Assembly (NCBI GenBank): GCA_964016885.1
Contig: OZ024740.1
Span: 227,354,001-227,418,000 of the forward strand
DNA length: 64,000 nt
DNA from: Eledone cirrhosa
Lineage: Eukaryota
Direction of reading: 5' to 3'
Position 1 is the first letter of the stretch. Every line of letters starts with the position of its first letter. The notes under the pieces were generated by a model. It was not told the origin of the DNA, did no database searches, and saw only the letters and a program-made list of their open reading frames with translations. The position numbers and the translations under genes are program-made. Positions 42,827 to 57,162 of the stretch are shown here, piece by piece.

Positions 42827-43813
42827 GCAAACTTGTGTGCATATTTATATGAATGTATATATCTATGTGTGTGTGTGTAATGGAAGTGTTCCTTTTCAAT
42901 ATATATGTAATTTTCTATTTGCTTCATTTTTTTTTCTCTTCTTTTGGATCTATTACCATGAAATAGTGTTCCTTAATAACAAGGAACTGGTCACTTCAAT
43001 TCCTACATTTTCGGTACTAGTTTATATAGGAAACAGGAAAATGTAAAGAAGTGCAACTTCAAACAGACTTTGACAGCACTGCTATTTTCCACCATCTTTC
43101 TTCCCTCAATGTCAGAGCTGAGACTGTATTAATGAGCATGTTGCTATGACAAAACTTATCTAGCCTGAAATTGTTAGCCTTTGTTCTTTCGAGTAATTGA
43201 ATGTTGCTTGTAGAGAAGTGATTAGAGGATAAAAAACAAAAAACAGCCTGCTTTTTGCTATCTTTCTATTGCCACAACCACCATCATTACCACCACCAAA
43301 GACTAGTATTGGAACTCTACTGATTTCTTTGCTAAATTGTATCGAATAGAGCAACTGGAAAGCTAACATTAGGACATATTTTGAATAGCTACACAGAATT
43401 TGTCATCCCTCTGACATATTTTCTCACATATATATGCAAGAGAAGAAAGGTAGAAAGAGATGTTGAACAAGATGATGATGGGTGGACGGATATCAGGGAA
43501 TACAAATTATATGTTTAACAATATGTAATAATGGAGAATGTAAGAAGTTGCTGACGCACAAATGAGTATCAGTCTGAAAATGTATGTGATTAATACCTTA
43601 AATATACATCAAAATAGAACTGTTGTTCTACATGAGTAAATGACAAAGACTTAAAAACACAAAACAAATGCAACAAAATTCAAATATCTGAAATATTGAA
43701 GCTTTGAAAATAGTGATATGCCTTTTTGTTTTGTTTATTTATGTTTTTGTTTTGGGGAGAATTTATCCCACCTTGTACTATCAGGCTGATAATGATCTTA
43801 ACATTTTCACTGT

Positions 43814-44132
43814 TTAACCCTTTTGTTACCAACCTGATCAAAACTGGCTTTGGTTCTATGAAACAAAACCATCCATTTTAAAGGGTTCCTATTTAACTCT
43901 TTTGTTGCCAATCCGGCCAAAGCTGGTTCTGGTTTTATGAAATAAAGGCACTGATTTTAAAGGTTTCCAGTTTAAATCAAAATCTTCCAACATAATTTTA
44001 TATAAGAACCATATATTAAGTTACTAACTTAGTAATGAAATAATGAATAATTTTAGTAAATCCCTCAAAATGCTTCAGTAATTAATTGAAATAGAGTGTA
44101 GTTCATTCGAAATGCAGTCATGAAAAGGTTAA
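43814..44132. mobile_element. Older TTAA-flanked MITE with an internally duplicated left end
   Basis: ttaacccttttgttacc...catgaaaaggttaa. Related decayed ends occur at ~38265 and ~33735. Confidence 0.5.
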
Positions 44133-46029
44133 GAACACTATATGATGTTGATCCTAATGATGCTGCTGCTGTTGTTGATGATGGTGATGTTGTTTTTGAT
44201 GTTGATAATGATAGTGGTTGTAGTGGCAGTGGTATATCGTAGTATACTACACTAAATATGATAATACTGTGTTTATGATATCAATGGTGATTCCCTATTT
44301 AGCTATGCACTAATATTTCAAAATCTTTTAAGTTTAAATATTATGAGATATTCATTACTCTATATAAAAGGGATCCCAAACTTATTTTGTCATGAAACAC
44401 ACATAGGATTTTCCAATCATCTCAGAGCACATTGATATATTTATTTTCCGGACAATTCCCACCATTCTAGTTTTTATAAGACATTAAATGAAACAAAAAT
44501 TCTTTTGAACAAGAATCTATTTGGATAAAACAAAATAAGGAAATGACTCAATTGTCAGCTCAGACCAAGAAAACAATTCTTCCATTTATCTTTCTGATAT
44601 GATCTATCAATTACAACGTCTGGCAGGAAGAGCAATGTCAAATAAAGTATTTAAATCAAGAACTCAATGTGCCATTTGGTCCTGGAATTGAACTCATAAC
44701 CCTATGATCATGAATCCAACACTCTAACCACTAGGCTACATGATATGGTATGGCCCCATAATTCAAGATGAAGTTGTAAGGGTGCCACAGTGATTCTGGG
44801 CATTTAAAACCTAATGGATTCCATCTCCAGGTCTAAATACAGTAGATTTCTTCCTGAGAAGGCTAGAGAAAGTGAGAGAATGGAAGCGAGAAAGAGATAT
44901 AGAGGAAGAATCGACCCCAGTACTTGACTGGTACTTATTCTATGGACCTCGAAAGGATGAAAGGCAAAGTTGACCTCTGCGGGATTTGAACTTAGAGAGC
45001 AGAGAGCCAGAAAAAAGCATTCTATCCTACGTTCTGACTCTGCCACATGCCTTCATATAAGGTTCATAAATTGAACCCATAACCTTATGATCATGAGTCC
45101 AACACCCTAACCACTAGGACACATGCCTTCACATAAACTATTTTTTTTTAAATTATTTTGGGGTTGTACTTTCTTTCACAAGTGACTTCATCTGAGACTG
45201 TGTTAAAATTAAAGCAATTACATCATGGAAGAATTATTTTAGTTATTCAAAAAATACCAAAAAGCTGTTAAATTCACTTTACATCTATTATATATTTCCT
45301 CGAGTGGAACTATGTCAGTGACCAAGTTGCAAACTGTGTGACGAAGAATTTGACATGAGGAAATAAATGATAAATGTAAAATGCATTTAGATTTTTATTA
45401 AACTTTATTAAAAGACATCTTATCTTATGGAATGCCAGAATATTATTATTTCTTTTTTTATTGTGAAGAATCCTGGAGATCTTCAGAACCATATTTGGGA
45501 AACATTGCTATGGAGGTGGATTAGGAAATCTTTGTACAGTTTTTGGTTTTACTGGTCTACTGGAGTTTATTTGTATTCATTTATGACACATTGAAAGTTG
45601 AATTATTGAACAGTATCATGTAAAAGCCACATGAATATTGATTTTATATGCTATTTAGAATGTCTATTCAACTTATTTTAAGTTTATATCTTCTAGGTCT
45701 GAGCCCATGAAATTATTAGAGTTGTTATTTCCCTAATTAGATATTTACAAAACTAGCTATTCCTTTCAAATACCATACAAACCAACAAAATATATATAAA
45801 TATATAACTATGTAATAAATATGAGTACTAAACAAACCTTACATGAATAAAATAAAGCAATTTTTAAGGGAAATTATTAACACAGCCCTTTTTGTACAAA
45901 TATAGGGGCAACAACTACCCACTTGCAATTGTTGTTGTCACTGGTGAAAATATGGTATCATAGTTGTGTGAGCTATAAATAGTGAATTTACATTGATATC
46001 ATGACTTTTGGAGATATATATATAAAGGA

Positions 46030-46345
46030 TGAAGGTAAAGACACCCTTCGGTCACAAATGACCATGGGATTCGCACCTAGAAAGTTCATCTCCAAGGAAC
46101 AAGTCTGGATAAGGTGTTTTTTGTGGATGACCAGCAGTTACCCATGCATATCAGCTTCCCTTCTCTACACTACCGAGATTGTCCAAGGGAAAGGCAATGG
46201 CCAATAAATCCTGGCACCAGTGCTATCACAACTCATTTCTACAACTGAGTAAACTAGAACAGCATGAAATAAAATGTCTTTCTCAAGGACACAATGCAAG
46301 GAATTGAACTCACAACCTCATGGTTTTACAGACCTCTAAGCTATG
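46030..46345 (-). mobile_element. tRNA-derived SINE family C
   Basis: Colinear with 15277-15575 (gaccatgggatt.gcacctagaaa...gaccagcagt...aagggaaaggcaa). Confidence 0.7.
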
Positions 46346-49300
46346 TATGTCACTAGGCTTTTAGGTTGGAACATATTTTCCATGAGTCATGAAAGAGTTA
46401 AAAGACCTTGCAATCATTCTATATTAATACCAAAAGCATGAAGATAACAGCTTTTTTTTTTCATTTGATTTGCTTATTTTTACTTGATACATTACAGATA
46501 TTAAAAGTAGATGAATAATAAGATTCTTATTATGCGGATTAAATGAAGTAGGGTTGGAGATTAAAATTGACCTTGCTCCATCTCTATAGCTACCAATTCC
46601 TTCACACAAATCATGTGATCTGAAGTCAACCTTCAGCAGCATACATAATTTGCCAATGACTTGAGAGTGTTACCTGGAATTAGTTGGCCTGAGGTGTATC
46701 TAATTATAGATTTTGTCTAAGTTCCAATAAAGTTGCTGTTAGAATTTTCGATTTTCTCATATCTATCAGAAATCTAGCTTCATGTCAGTCTCATCTGCAA
46801 ATCTTTGACAAACAACTCAGATCAATATGATTTGTAACTAACTTATCTCTCAAACTTTACAAATGCTGTAGCTACATAAGTAATGTTGTTTGTTGAGATA
46901 ATTGCCTTGTCCTTAGTCCAGATGTTGATATTATCAGTGAAGTGAGAAAAGCAAATAGGAAAAGTGCGAATAAATATCATTGACCAAAATAACAAAAAGT
47001 CTACAAATTACAATAAAAAAAAAAAATTGTAATCAACAAATGATTTTTGTTTTTTTACTATTTCACAAATATAAACTTTTTAAAACTATTGATAAATTTC
47101 TGTTATATAGGTGATAGAAATGCTAATTATATCACCTTACTAGTTTATCTTGTTACAATGTGGAAGAAGTTTTGGCTACAAATATTGCAGAGAAATGCCA
47201 CTTCTGTTAGTAACAAAGCATTTCTTTCTTCCATATGAACAACCTGTGTATGACTATGAAACTTGGATATTAAATATACAAGAATAAATTACTAATTATC
47301 CATAATGCACTAATCATTTTTTACTTCTTAGAGTTATACTTGTTTGGCAAGTAACTTGATTTAAACTTTTGTTATTTCATTAGGTTTTATTAGAAAAATC
47401 TAAATTTTCAATTACATAAAAATTAATAATTTAATATTTAAGTCAAACATAAAGAAAAAGAAAGTAACATTGCAGATGTCTATAAATAAGAGGGGGGGGG
47501 GAGCAAGGATTATTAAACAATGAAAGAAGGAAAAGGGAAGAGGTTGACAGGCTCTACACCTAAATCAGAGTGGTGTTTCATCTATGTCCTGCAGGCAAAA
47601 TGGCAAAAGCATTGCTGTGGGCAATGGTCAGAGACACCCTCTACAACAGTCACCCCCACCTCATGGGGCTCCTTCCTTAGATGGGCTGCTGTCATTCCAA
47701 TTTTATGGACAAGTCAGCTGTGTTAAAACTAAAGTAATTACATCATAGAAGAGTCATTTTAACCATTCTGAAAACACACAAAAACTGTTATATTGTCTTT
47801 TAATATATTTCTGACAAACATTTTGACACCATGAAATAAATAAAAAATGAATAATTACACTATTTTTATTTCCTATTGGTGAGAAAACTGATTTTACTTG
47901 CGTCACTAGTTGTAGTCTCCTTCTAATCTCTATGGAGGAGTATTATTACATTAACCCTGGCCAAATTTACTATGAATAATTTCATAGGCAGTATCATGAC
48001 TAATTTACACATCATTTGCTACTACATTAGTAATCGCCTATTTGTTCAACAGAAATATGCCACAGAGTTTTTTTAATGTTGTCATCAACACAAGAAAATG
48101 TCAGACATCTGGCTCCTATTTTGATATGTCACACTTGTGTGCAACGATTTTTTTATCCTTCAATCCATTTATAGTTAGTCTCTAGTACCAAAATACTGTG
48201 CTGAAAATGTTTGATCGGTTTCAGTTACATGAGCCACCATCATCCCACCGAAAAGGAATCACTAAATTAAGTAATATAGTTAATACAAAACACTGTGAGA
48301 TATGTAATAAAAGAATGATAAGTTTCAAAAAGCTGGTACAATGCGGTAGAAAAATACCAAGTGCAAATGATGACAAACAAAACAAAGTAATGTTTTACAC
48401 GGTATTTTTCAACATGATATTTCAGAACTAATACCCTCTTTTCAAATGTGAAACGGAAACGTTTCAAAACAAATCAGTCGATGTGTTCTTCTTTAACAGG
48501 TCTACATGTCTGAAATATGCATGCATGAAGTCATTATAGTAAACAATCTGCTTCGTGCATTTCCAGTTTATTATTTATCTGGTTTAGGGAGCAAACAGAA
48601 AGTGGAATATGCACTGACATTTCAAGATTAAAGCTGCACTGTAATCTCTAGAGGACAACCAGGTTTAGTAATGTACATAGAACTAATGTTCATGTCAACA
48701 AGTAAAACATTATAAATGCATTGTTAGAAATTATAACTCATTCATATAAATATATATATATATATTTGTATAAGAATAACATTAAGAAAAATGCTGATGT
48801 TACATAAATCGTTTATTCATAATAATTATTTCAAAGGATCACTTATGCAATCCATGATGTAACTTATGCGTTTGTTGTTGTTATGGGAATGGTATCGTCA
48901 GATGAAAATCCGATTTTGTGATATATTTGTATATATATATATATATATAAACAGAAAAAATGAAACGAAATTTCATTTCCCACTCTTAGTGCAGCTGTTA
49001 CTTATATATATATATATATTTATATACTTATATACATATATATACTTATATATATATACTTATATACATACTTATATATATATATATATATACCAGCCAA
49101 AATACAGTTTTTTTCTTAGCAAGGTATTGTGCAGCCAACTGGCCAGACTTGCCTCATAACATGGATGACCTGTCAAACCCATGCAAGCATGGAAAATAAG
49201 ATGTTCAACAGCGGTAGTGATGATGATGTGTATATATATGTGTGTGTGTGTGTGTGTTATTGAAAAGTTAACAGAAATTTCTTTTGTTATATATCATCTG

Positions 49301-49814
49301 TTTCATGGTCCCAGCTGACAGGACATCCTAAAGGACATCAAGGAAAATGTGCTGGAATACTCATTTCACTTCACGGGGCTCACTAAGGCAGGCAGTCAAC
49401 TCCACTCCAATAGTTATGATCAGGGATGGGTTCTGGGTGCAAAGAGTCTCCACTGCTACAGATAAATGATAAAATCTTGCATGTTGTTTTGCAGGGCATA
49501 CAGAGTTAATTTGCATAAATTTGCAATTGAGTATCAATATCATTAATTAAGGGATGGGGGTGAGATGTAAGTATACATGCTGTATGTAAGAATTACTATG
49601 ATTTGATGGTAATTGGGCGCCTCAGATAAAATTATATCAAAACCTATTTGGCTTGGAATTGACAATGCAGTATCCTAGAGATAACACAAAAAGATAAATA
49701 CTATATCTCTCTTAGACACATGGTCAATCCTAAAACATTAGATTCTCCTCCTTTCTCCATAGTATACAAACTTAAACTATACTCACTCATTAGCTACATT
49801 CTCTCTCTCTCTCT

Positions 49815-49957
<143 letters not shown>

Positions 49958-51994
49958 AGCTTTCTTTTCATAGTCAACGTATACACAATTTGGCAAAGAA
50001 ACAATTTTTCTCATTGAAAATTGTTTTTACATGCACACACACATGCATATATTATATTCTGATATATCTGTTATGCATGAATTTAGTATATAAATTTAAC
50101 TTAACACACACAGTATATTCATACATAATAAATGAATATACTAGTATATAATGTATGCATGTATGTGTGCATGCATGTATGTTAAAATCGAATTTTCAAT
50201 GAGAAAAATTGTATTGGTGCCAAACCATGTATACTCTGACTATGATGATATATCTTTCGATGTTTATGAATATAAAAATTCTCAAGGAGAGGGAAAGAGA
50301 GAAAAATCTATATTTTATGTTTTATTATAATATAATCTATAGATGTCAGAGGTAACTGCTTTCTTATCAAAAACTCCAGCAACTTTTAACATGTTTTAAG
50401 AAATTACAGGTGGGGGGATATTTTGCATAAAACGAATTAAATTTCTGCTGCTCTTTTGAAATCTAATGAGAGCAATAGTCTGTGAATTACTGATAATCCA
50501 CTTCTGAGTAGGGTATGATGCAGCCAACTGGCCAGACTCCTCTCATAATGGGACCACCCAGTCCACACTATAAATGTGGTTCGTATTAAGAAGGGTGTCC
50601 AGCTGCGAAACACTGGCCAAAATACAGTTCCATATGAGCAAGGTACAGTGTGGCCTACTGGCCAAACTTGTCTCATAATATGAACGACCTGTCTAACCCA
50701 TGCAAGCATGGAAAATTAAATGTTAAACAGTGATGATGACGATGAAGACACTATTTCTAGCATAATATTATTTCCTTTCCCTATTGTTATGAGAATATAG
50801 GTAATGATGGGAGTGCTGAGAGATAAAGAAAGATTAGATTAGATTAGACTTGTATAGTTTACATTTTCCTTTCTAGCTAGAAGGGAGTGAGTGGAAGTGG
50901 ACATACTTGGACAGTGAGTTCCAAATTGAGGAGTGGCTAACACAGGTTGATGTGTAAGTCACAGAATGTAGTGTTCTATATGTGGTTATAATACAGATTA
51001 TCAAATGTAATTCATTGAATTAAGTAGAACTAGGATTAATTGAAAATACTTGTAAAGGTTGTTGTTGTTGAATTGAAGAAAGCAAACGAAAGTCAAATGT
51101 TAATGGTGCTTAAGAGATGAACATTCTCTATCTTTCTTAAAAATATGTCACTCTGAGAGTGTCACTCCCTAGCCATATATTTCAAACAGCTTCTAATTTC
51201 AACATTCTAAATTTAATAACAGCTACATTAACCCTTAATGAATTTCACTGAAATCCTTTCGGGCCATATCTCTCTCAGTAAAATAATTTAGGCATAATTC
51301 AGATATATTGACATTATAGGGATAGGGCTGGATTTAATGGGGGCAACTGCCCCAGGTCTCCTGCAACAAGGGGCTCCACCAGTGACGACTGTAGCAATTT
51401 ATTTGTACCCTCTGCTGGGCTCTTTAGTTTTATCCCTTTGACAACGAGAACTATATATTTTTAACAAAAAGTATTTAATGACCTTACTGTGGCAACATTC
51501 ATCAAATTTTCTCAACTTTAGAAACATCAGGTTGTTATCAGAACAATATTCTATTAAAAAGTATTTGCTGTCGCTGTTTAAAGTTGTTGTGCAGGTAAGT
51601 ATTGCAAAAACAATGTACCCAGTAAACACTCTAAAGTGGTTATGTTAGGAAGGGCATCCAGCCATAGGAACCATGCCAAATATGTAATGTATGAGCAAGA
51701 TGAGGCTGCTCTGATATGTTTGGTCTTGAACGGTGACAAACTGTCCAGATTATGCTATTGTGGGTAGTGGACATAAAATGAGGATGGTTAGATTTTTTTT
51801 AATTTAATACCTGTATAACTTTTCAATTCAAATTACTTGCACCAGCTGACTTTTATATGTAAAATTGGGGGTTTGGTGTGTATTCTAATTTTTTGTGTAT
51901 GAGGGGCCTCCCAAACATGTAGTACCCCTCCCCCTTCCCCCATGCTTTGATGGATGTGTAATAGTAATTTACATGAACAGCAAAGCATAAATGA

Positions 51995-52804
51995 ACTGAG
52001 AGAGAAACCAGGCATAAGAGGGATCAGATGCAGTGTGCAGGAAATGAGATTGTGCTAGTATGGACATGTGAGGCATATGAAGGATGACAGCTGTATAAAA
52101 AGGTGCAGAGCTGTAGAGTAGGAACACCCAGGAAGACTTGGGTTGAGGTGATAAAAGCTGACTTTACACAATTGCACCTCTTAAATGTGATGACATAGGA
52201 CTGAGAGCTCTGACACTATGCAGTAATACAGAAGACCTACCTTCGCATGAGCTCAGGCTGAAGCATACATCTAGTATGCACCAACTTCACCTCCATCCCC
52301 CTTCCATACACTTCCCACATCCTAACACTCTTCCCCTCACACATGCCCCTATACCTACCTTCCCAATCCGCACACACCTCGTCCACCAAGATCCCTAGCC
52401 TACACTGTAAAGTGGTCATGAGGGTGATTGTGACACACACATGCCCCTATACCCAACTTCCCCAACAAAATCCACAGCCCACACTGTAACATGGTCATGA
52501 TGGCAACCGCCCTTCACACATGCCTCTTATACACATATCCACAATCCCCACACACCTTCCCTATCAAGATCCCCAGTACACACTGTAAAGTGGTTGTGTA
52601 GGTATCTCGACAAAAAGCAGCCAGTACACAGTGTAAATGGCATTAGTGTTAGGAAGGGCATCCAGTCGGAGAAACCAAGCTAAAATCAGTTCTGTATGAG
52701 CAAGACATGGTCATCTGACCTGGCTTATCTCACAACCGGACAACATGTATAACCCATGCTAGCATGGAAAAATGGATGTTAAACCAAGATGATGATGATG
52801 ATGA
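51995..52804 (+). mobile_element. Degenerate RTE 3' coding end followed by a C-rich spacer, SINE-like body and second RTE-type tail
   Basis: 52010-52235 encodes decayed GIRGIRCSVQE.RL..YGHV...PRKTWVEVIKAD...AVIQKT. This is followed by repeated cacactgtaaagtgg units, ttaggaagggcatccag and acccatgctagcatggaaaaatggatgttaaa..(gat)n. Confidence 0.7.
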
Positions 52805-52907
52805 TATATATACATACTCTTTTACTCTTTTACCTGTTCCAGCCATCCGGCTGAGGCCATGCTGGGGCACCGCCCTTGATATATATATATATATATATAT
52901 ATGTGTG

Positions 52908-53137
52908 TATAATAGAAAACGAAAAATCAGTGATGCATCTGAACTCAATTTATTGTGTGTTACAATTGTTTCGCCGGCGGACAGCTTGAAATCATTAGAG
53001 GTATCCGTCGAACCTGCGGGTCCAGAATCAGACAGAGACATACAATGGTTGTGTCTCAAGCTGTCCGCCAGCGAAACAATTGTAACACACAATAAATTGA
53101 GTTCAGATATATCACTGATTTTTCGTTTTCTATTATA
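52908..53137. repeat. Inverted repeat (~80-bp arms), Penelope-like remnant
   Basis: Arms 52908-52989 and 53056-53137 containing GCGAAACAATTGTAACACACAATAAA. Confidence 0.85.
53051..53088 (+). ncRNA. Degenerate hammerhead (core reduced to CUCAA)
   Basis: GUGU CUCAA GCUG UCCGC CAGC GAA ACAAUUGU A ACAC. All three stems are intact but CUGANGA is damaged. Confidence 0.55.
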
Positions 53138-53214
53138 TCATACTCTGCTCTGTAAGAGCATAGAGTGCTCAACCAGCATACCGCCTATGGAAGCATCTTA
53201 GCTACCATCAGACA

Positions 53215-53797
<583 letters not shown>

Positions 53798-53974
53798 ACA
53801 ATACTCATCTTTTTCCATTTATCTGAGGGTTCTAAACCCCATTATCAGGCTAAAATTCCTTTAGTCAAAAATACAGTGAAAGCTATTCTATTTTCTAATT
53901 TCAAACCTGCTCACTGTTTCAAAACATACTTACTTGCCATATATGTATATATATATATATATGTATATTATATA

Positions 53975-54371
53975 CGAGGACAATCCCAAAAGTAAGGTCT
54001 CCTTCCGATATTGCAACTTTTACGTTAAAATCCTGTGGATGGTGCTTCGGGAAACCTCAGGAAACAAAATGCAGAGAGCATCCAGAGTGATCCGCCGATC
54101 TTTACGCATGTTTTCCTCGGAAGAAGACCTTACTTTTGGGATTGCCCTCTATATAATAACTGCGCGAAATTCGCACTTGGCGGTAGGTAGCATTCAATGG
54201 GAGCTCTATTCTCAACGGCTGCCAAGCCAAGATTGAGCTTCCCAGCGAAGTGCACGCATGCTTGTTTGGGAGTGAAGGAAGCACCAATCACAACAGTGTT
54301 GCCAACAGCCGTACGAACAGTTTCTCTGCATCCCCATCGCTTTGGAGACCTTACTTTTGGGATTACCCTCG
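53975..54371. mobile_element. Mariner-type MITE with an extra internal TIR
   Basis: ta|cgaggacaatcccaaaagtaaggtctcc ... ggagaccttacttttgggattaccctcg|ta, with a third TIR at 54125-54151. Confidence 0.85.
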
Positions 54372-54477
54372 TATATATATATATATATTTCGTTTCTGAA
54401 TTTGTTTAGCAAGATTCTTTATCTGAAATCGTGTGTTGAAACCGATATGTTTATACTTTGGGAGGGTCATGTTGCCA

Positions 54478-54870
54478 ATAATAATAGAATCTACACACAG
54501 AAAAGACGCAATGTTTAGACAAATCACAGAGGCAATAAACATAAAAGAATTACAACCAAAATTAAATAGAAAATATGAGTGGAACAGCAACATCACAACT
54601 TACAATTAAGGACAAAATGAAAACACACACACACACAGAACAAACAACCAACCGGTAACATGTAAATAAACAAATAAATAAACAAATATAAACACACACA
54701 GACACCTGGATGTGGCGCATGCGCAGACTGAGCACACAACACACACAGAGAAACAAAATGGCGTAGGACAGAACAAAGGAGAGGCACAAAAACAAAGAAA
54801 AGAATCCCCAGTCACTGAAGAGGTCACAGAATGTGTGACGAAAGATCTTTGACAATATATAAACAACTAT
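54478..54870 (+). mobile_element. 3' remnant of a Penelope-like element: GIY-YIG endonuclease C-terminus, 3' region and hammerhead
   Basis: 54481-54609 translates IIESTHRKDAMFRQITEAINIKELQPKLNRKYEWNSNITTYN*, matching the R.I.EA..I....P.LN...EW pattern of PLE GIY-YIG C-termini. The hammerhead lies ~200 nt downstream on the same strand. Confidence 0.75.
54811..54853 (+). ncRNA. Type-I minimal hammerhead ribozyme, near-intact
   Basis: GUCA CUGAAGA G GUCACA GAAUG UGUGAC GAA AGAUCU U UGAC, with one extra G before stem II. Confidence 0.75.
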
Positions 54871-54993
54871 CTGGTTGTGGAACCAACCAACCAACCAACC
54901 AAATTCCTAAATTTATAAATTTATTATAATAAATTGAAGTGAAAGCAACTGGTGCGTGTGTTTCTTATTGGCTACATGACCCTCCCAAAGTAT

Positions 54994-55059
<66 letters not shown>

Positions 55060-55176
55060 GTATGTGTAAATATATAACATGTGTAAGAAAACAGACATGG
55101 GAATGGGTAATTTGATTTGATTGACAGATGTGTCTATAAAATATAATTTAATGTGATTTCTTTTATTCTCTTTTAG

Positions 55177-55408
55177 ACAATGATCCGCTTCTATCACCAT
55201 GGTCCAAACTTCAAATACCGGGTCAGTTGGCAAAGACGTGGAAGTACATTTTGGAACTCCCAAGATGTTGAAGATTCTGAAGTTGGAGAACTTCAAGTAG
55301 ATGTTGATGATGTCTACACCCCATATAACATCAAAGTACGGGCAGTTAATGCCGTGGGAGATTCCCCGCAACCTCCTTTTGTATTTGTCGGCCATTCGGG
55401 TGAAGGAC
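55177..55408 (+). CDS. Nrg: Next coding exon of the same neuroglian/L1CAM-family gene (remainder of FnIII-2)
   Basis: Acceptor ttttattctcttttag|ACA (phase 0, matching the previous donor) and donor GGAC|gtaagt (phase 1). TMIRFYHHGPNFKYRVSWQRRG...VYTPYNIKVRAVNAVGDSPQPPFVFVGHSGEG matches the L1-family pattern WTPM...HN.P.F.Y.VSW...Y.IKV.A.N..G.S......GYSGE. Confidence 0.88.
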
Positions 55409-56462
55409 GTAAGTAAAATCCTTTCCTCTCTTCTTTCTTCACTCTTTTACAGCAAATAGAAATGTCTTTAGTAGTTGTATTGATATATTCTACCTTTACT
55501 TAGACAACAAACACTTTTCAAAGAATTTTATGTCTGTCTTATCTTTTCCTTTATAAAGCTTCTTAACAGATTGATGTAAATGTATTGAAAACATATTAAA
55601 TAGAGCTATAGCATGGTGCTGTCTATTAAATGTATTGTTACTACTCTCTAGGATCTGAAATGGCCATTTAACAGCAGGTAACTGATAACAATGGTAGGAA
55701 GCAATAAAATAGTGCTACCTTTGTAGTTAGTTGAGTTTGTCAGTGCAGTAATAAACTGAATATTGTGATTGACTGTTGCGACATTAAACTATCACAAATA
55801 ATTACTTTGCCATTACTGGTAATAACTTAATGGTTTTCAACATTACTTTCTGCTCTTATTAGTTTAGTTTTATTTTACTTTTTATTTATTTATTTTTTTA
55901 CTTCTTGCCATTCTAGATTAAGGACTGAATCTTACCTCTCCCCGATCTCATCTTGACTTTGCACTGTAGGAAATCAGACAGTGAGGAGAGATTTGTGGGA
56001 GGGAAAACAAAACAACTGGGATATTAGAGAAGGAATTTGTTTCATGATATTGTATGTCTTGAAAAACATTTGATATAATAAGAGTACTTTTAAATATACT
56101 TGAGTGCTGGAGGTGATGCTGTGCTCTGTCGCCAAATGTTTCATCAGACAGTGAAGTAACTCTGTAGGTGTTTTCAGCACCTTCCACTGTGATATCAAAG
56201 CTACTTGAGGCCACCTACCAATGTAGGTGATGAAGCTCCTACACAACAATATAATATGCAGGAGCTTTGTTGCCTACACTAGTGAGTGGTCACGAGTTTC
56301 TCTGGTATCACAGAAGATATGTGTAAATTGTACTAAATGAATGTAGTAAGAGGTTGTTTAGTGAAACAAGGATGAGTCATATACATTTATGGAGGGTTAA
56401 GAAATGTAGTTTATCAAATAATTATCTAGCAGGTAACAGGTAAACAATACATCAATAATAGT

Positions 56463-57162
56463 AATAATTGTTTCTACTTTTTGCACAAGGCCACCAATTA
56501 CCACAGTGCATTACTGCCACTTTATTTTATCGACCCCGTAAAGATGAAAGGCAAAGTTAACCTTGGCAGGATTTGGACTCAGAACGTAAAGGGCCATAAC
56601 TCTATGCTGAAAAGCATGGTGTCCGGCCCTCTACTGATACTTCCAATTCATCACCCTATAATAATTGTTTCTACTTTTGGCACATGGCCAGCAAATACCC
56701 AGTGTATTACTGGTACTTTATTTTATCGACCCTGTAAGGATGAAAGGCAAAGTTAACCTCGGCGGGATCTGAACTCAGACCATAAAGAGCCGTAACTCTT
56801 TGCTGCAAAGCATGGTGTCCGACTCTCTACCGATACTGCCAATCCACCGCCCTAGAGTTTCTACTTTTGGCACAAGGCCAGCATTTATCCCAGTGCACCA
56901 CTGGTACTTTATTTTATCGACCTCGTAAGGATGAAAGGCAAAGTTAACCTCAGCGGATTTGAACTCAGAACGCAAAGGGCCATAACTATGCTGCAAAATA
57001 TGGTGTCTGACGCTCTACCGATACTGCCAAACCACTGCCCTATAATAATTGTTTCTAGTTTAGGCACAAGGCCAGCAATTACCCAGTGCATTACTGGTAC
57101 TTTATTTTATCGACCCCGTAAGGATGAAAGGCCCTATAATAATGATTTCTAATTTAGGCACA
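56463..57162 (-). repeat. Tandem array of SINE family D: three full ~190-bp units plus partial units
   Basis: Unit starts (gtttcta) near 56463, 56660, 56857, 57044 and 57140, each followed by the same body to varying length. Confidence 0.9.

Noticed and set aside
48860-48910. Minus-strand CTGACGA followed by aaacgcata
   Set aside because: No convincing stem II or GAAA. Possibly a decayed PLE end, but not supportable.
50780-51290. Possible old CR1/L2-type LINE remnant
   Set aside because: No readable protein motif could be recovered by eye.
56463-57162. Regularly spaced repeats as a CRISPR-like array
   Set aside because: Eukaryotic context, whole ~190-bp units are homologous with no unique spacers, and there are no cas genes. 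These are tandem SINEs.
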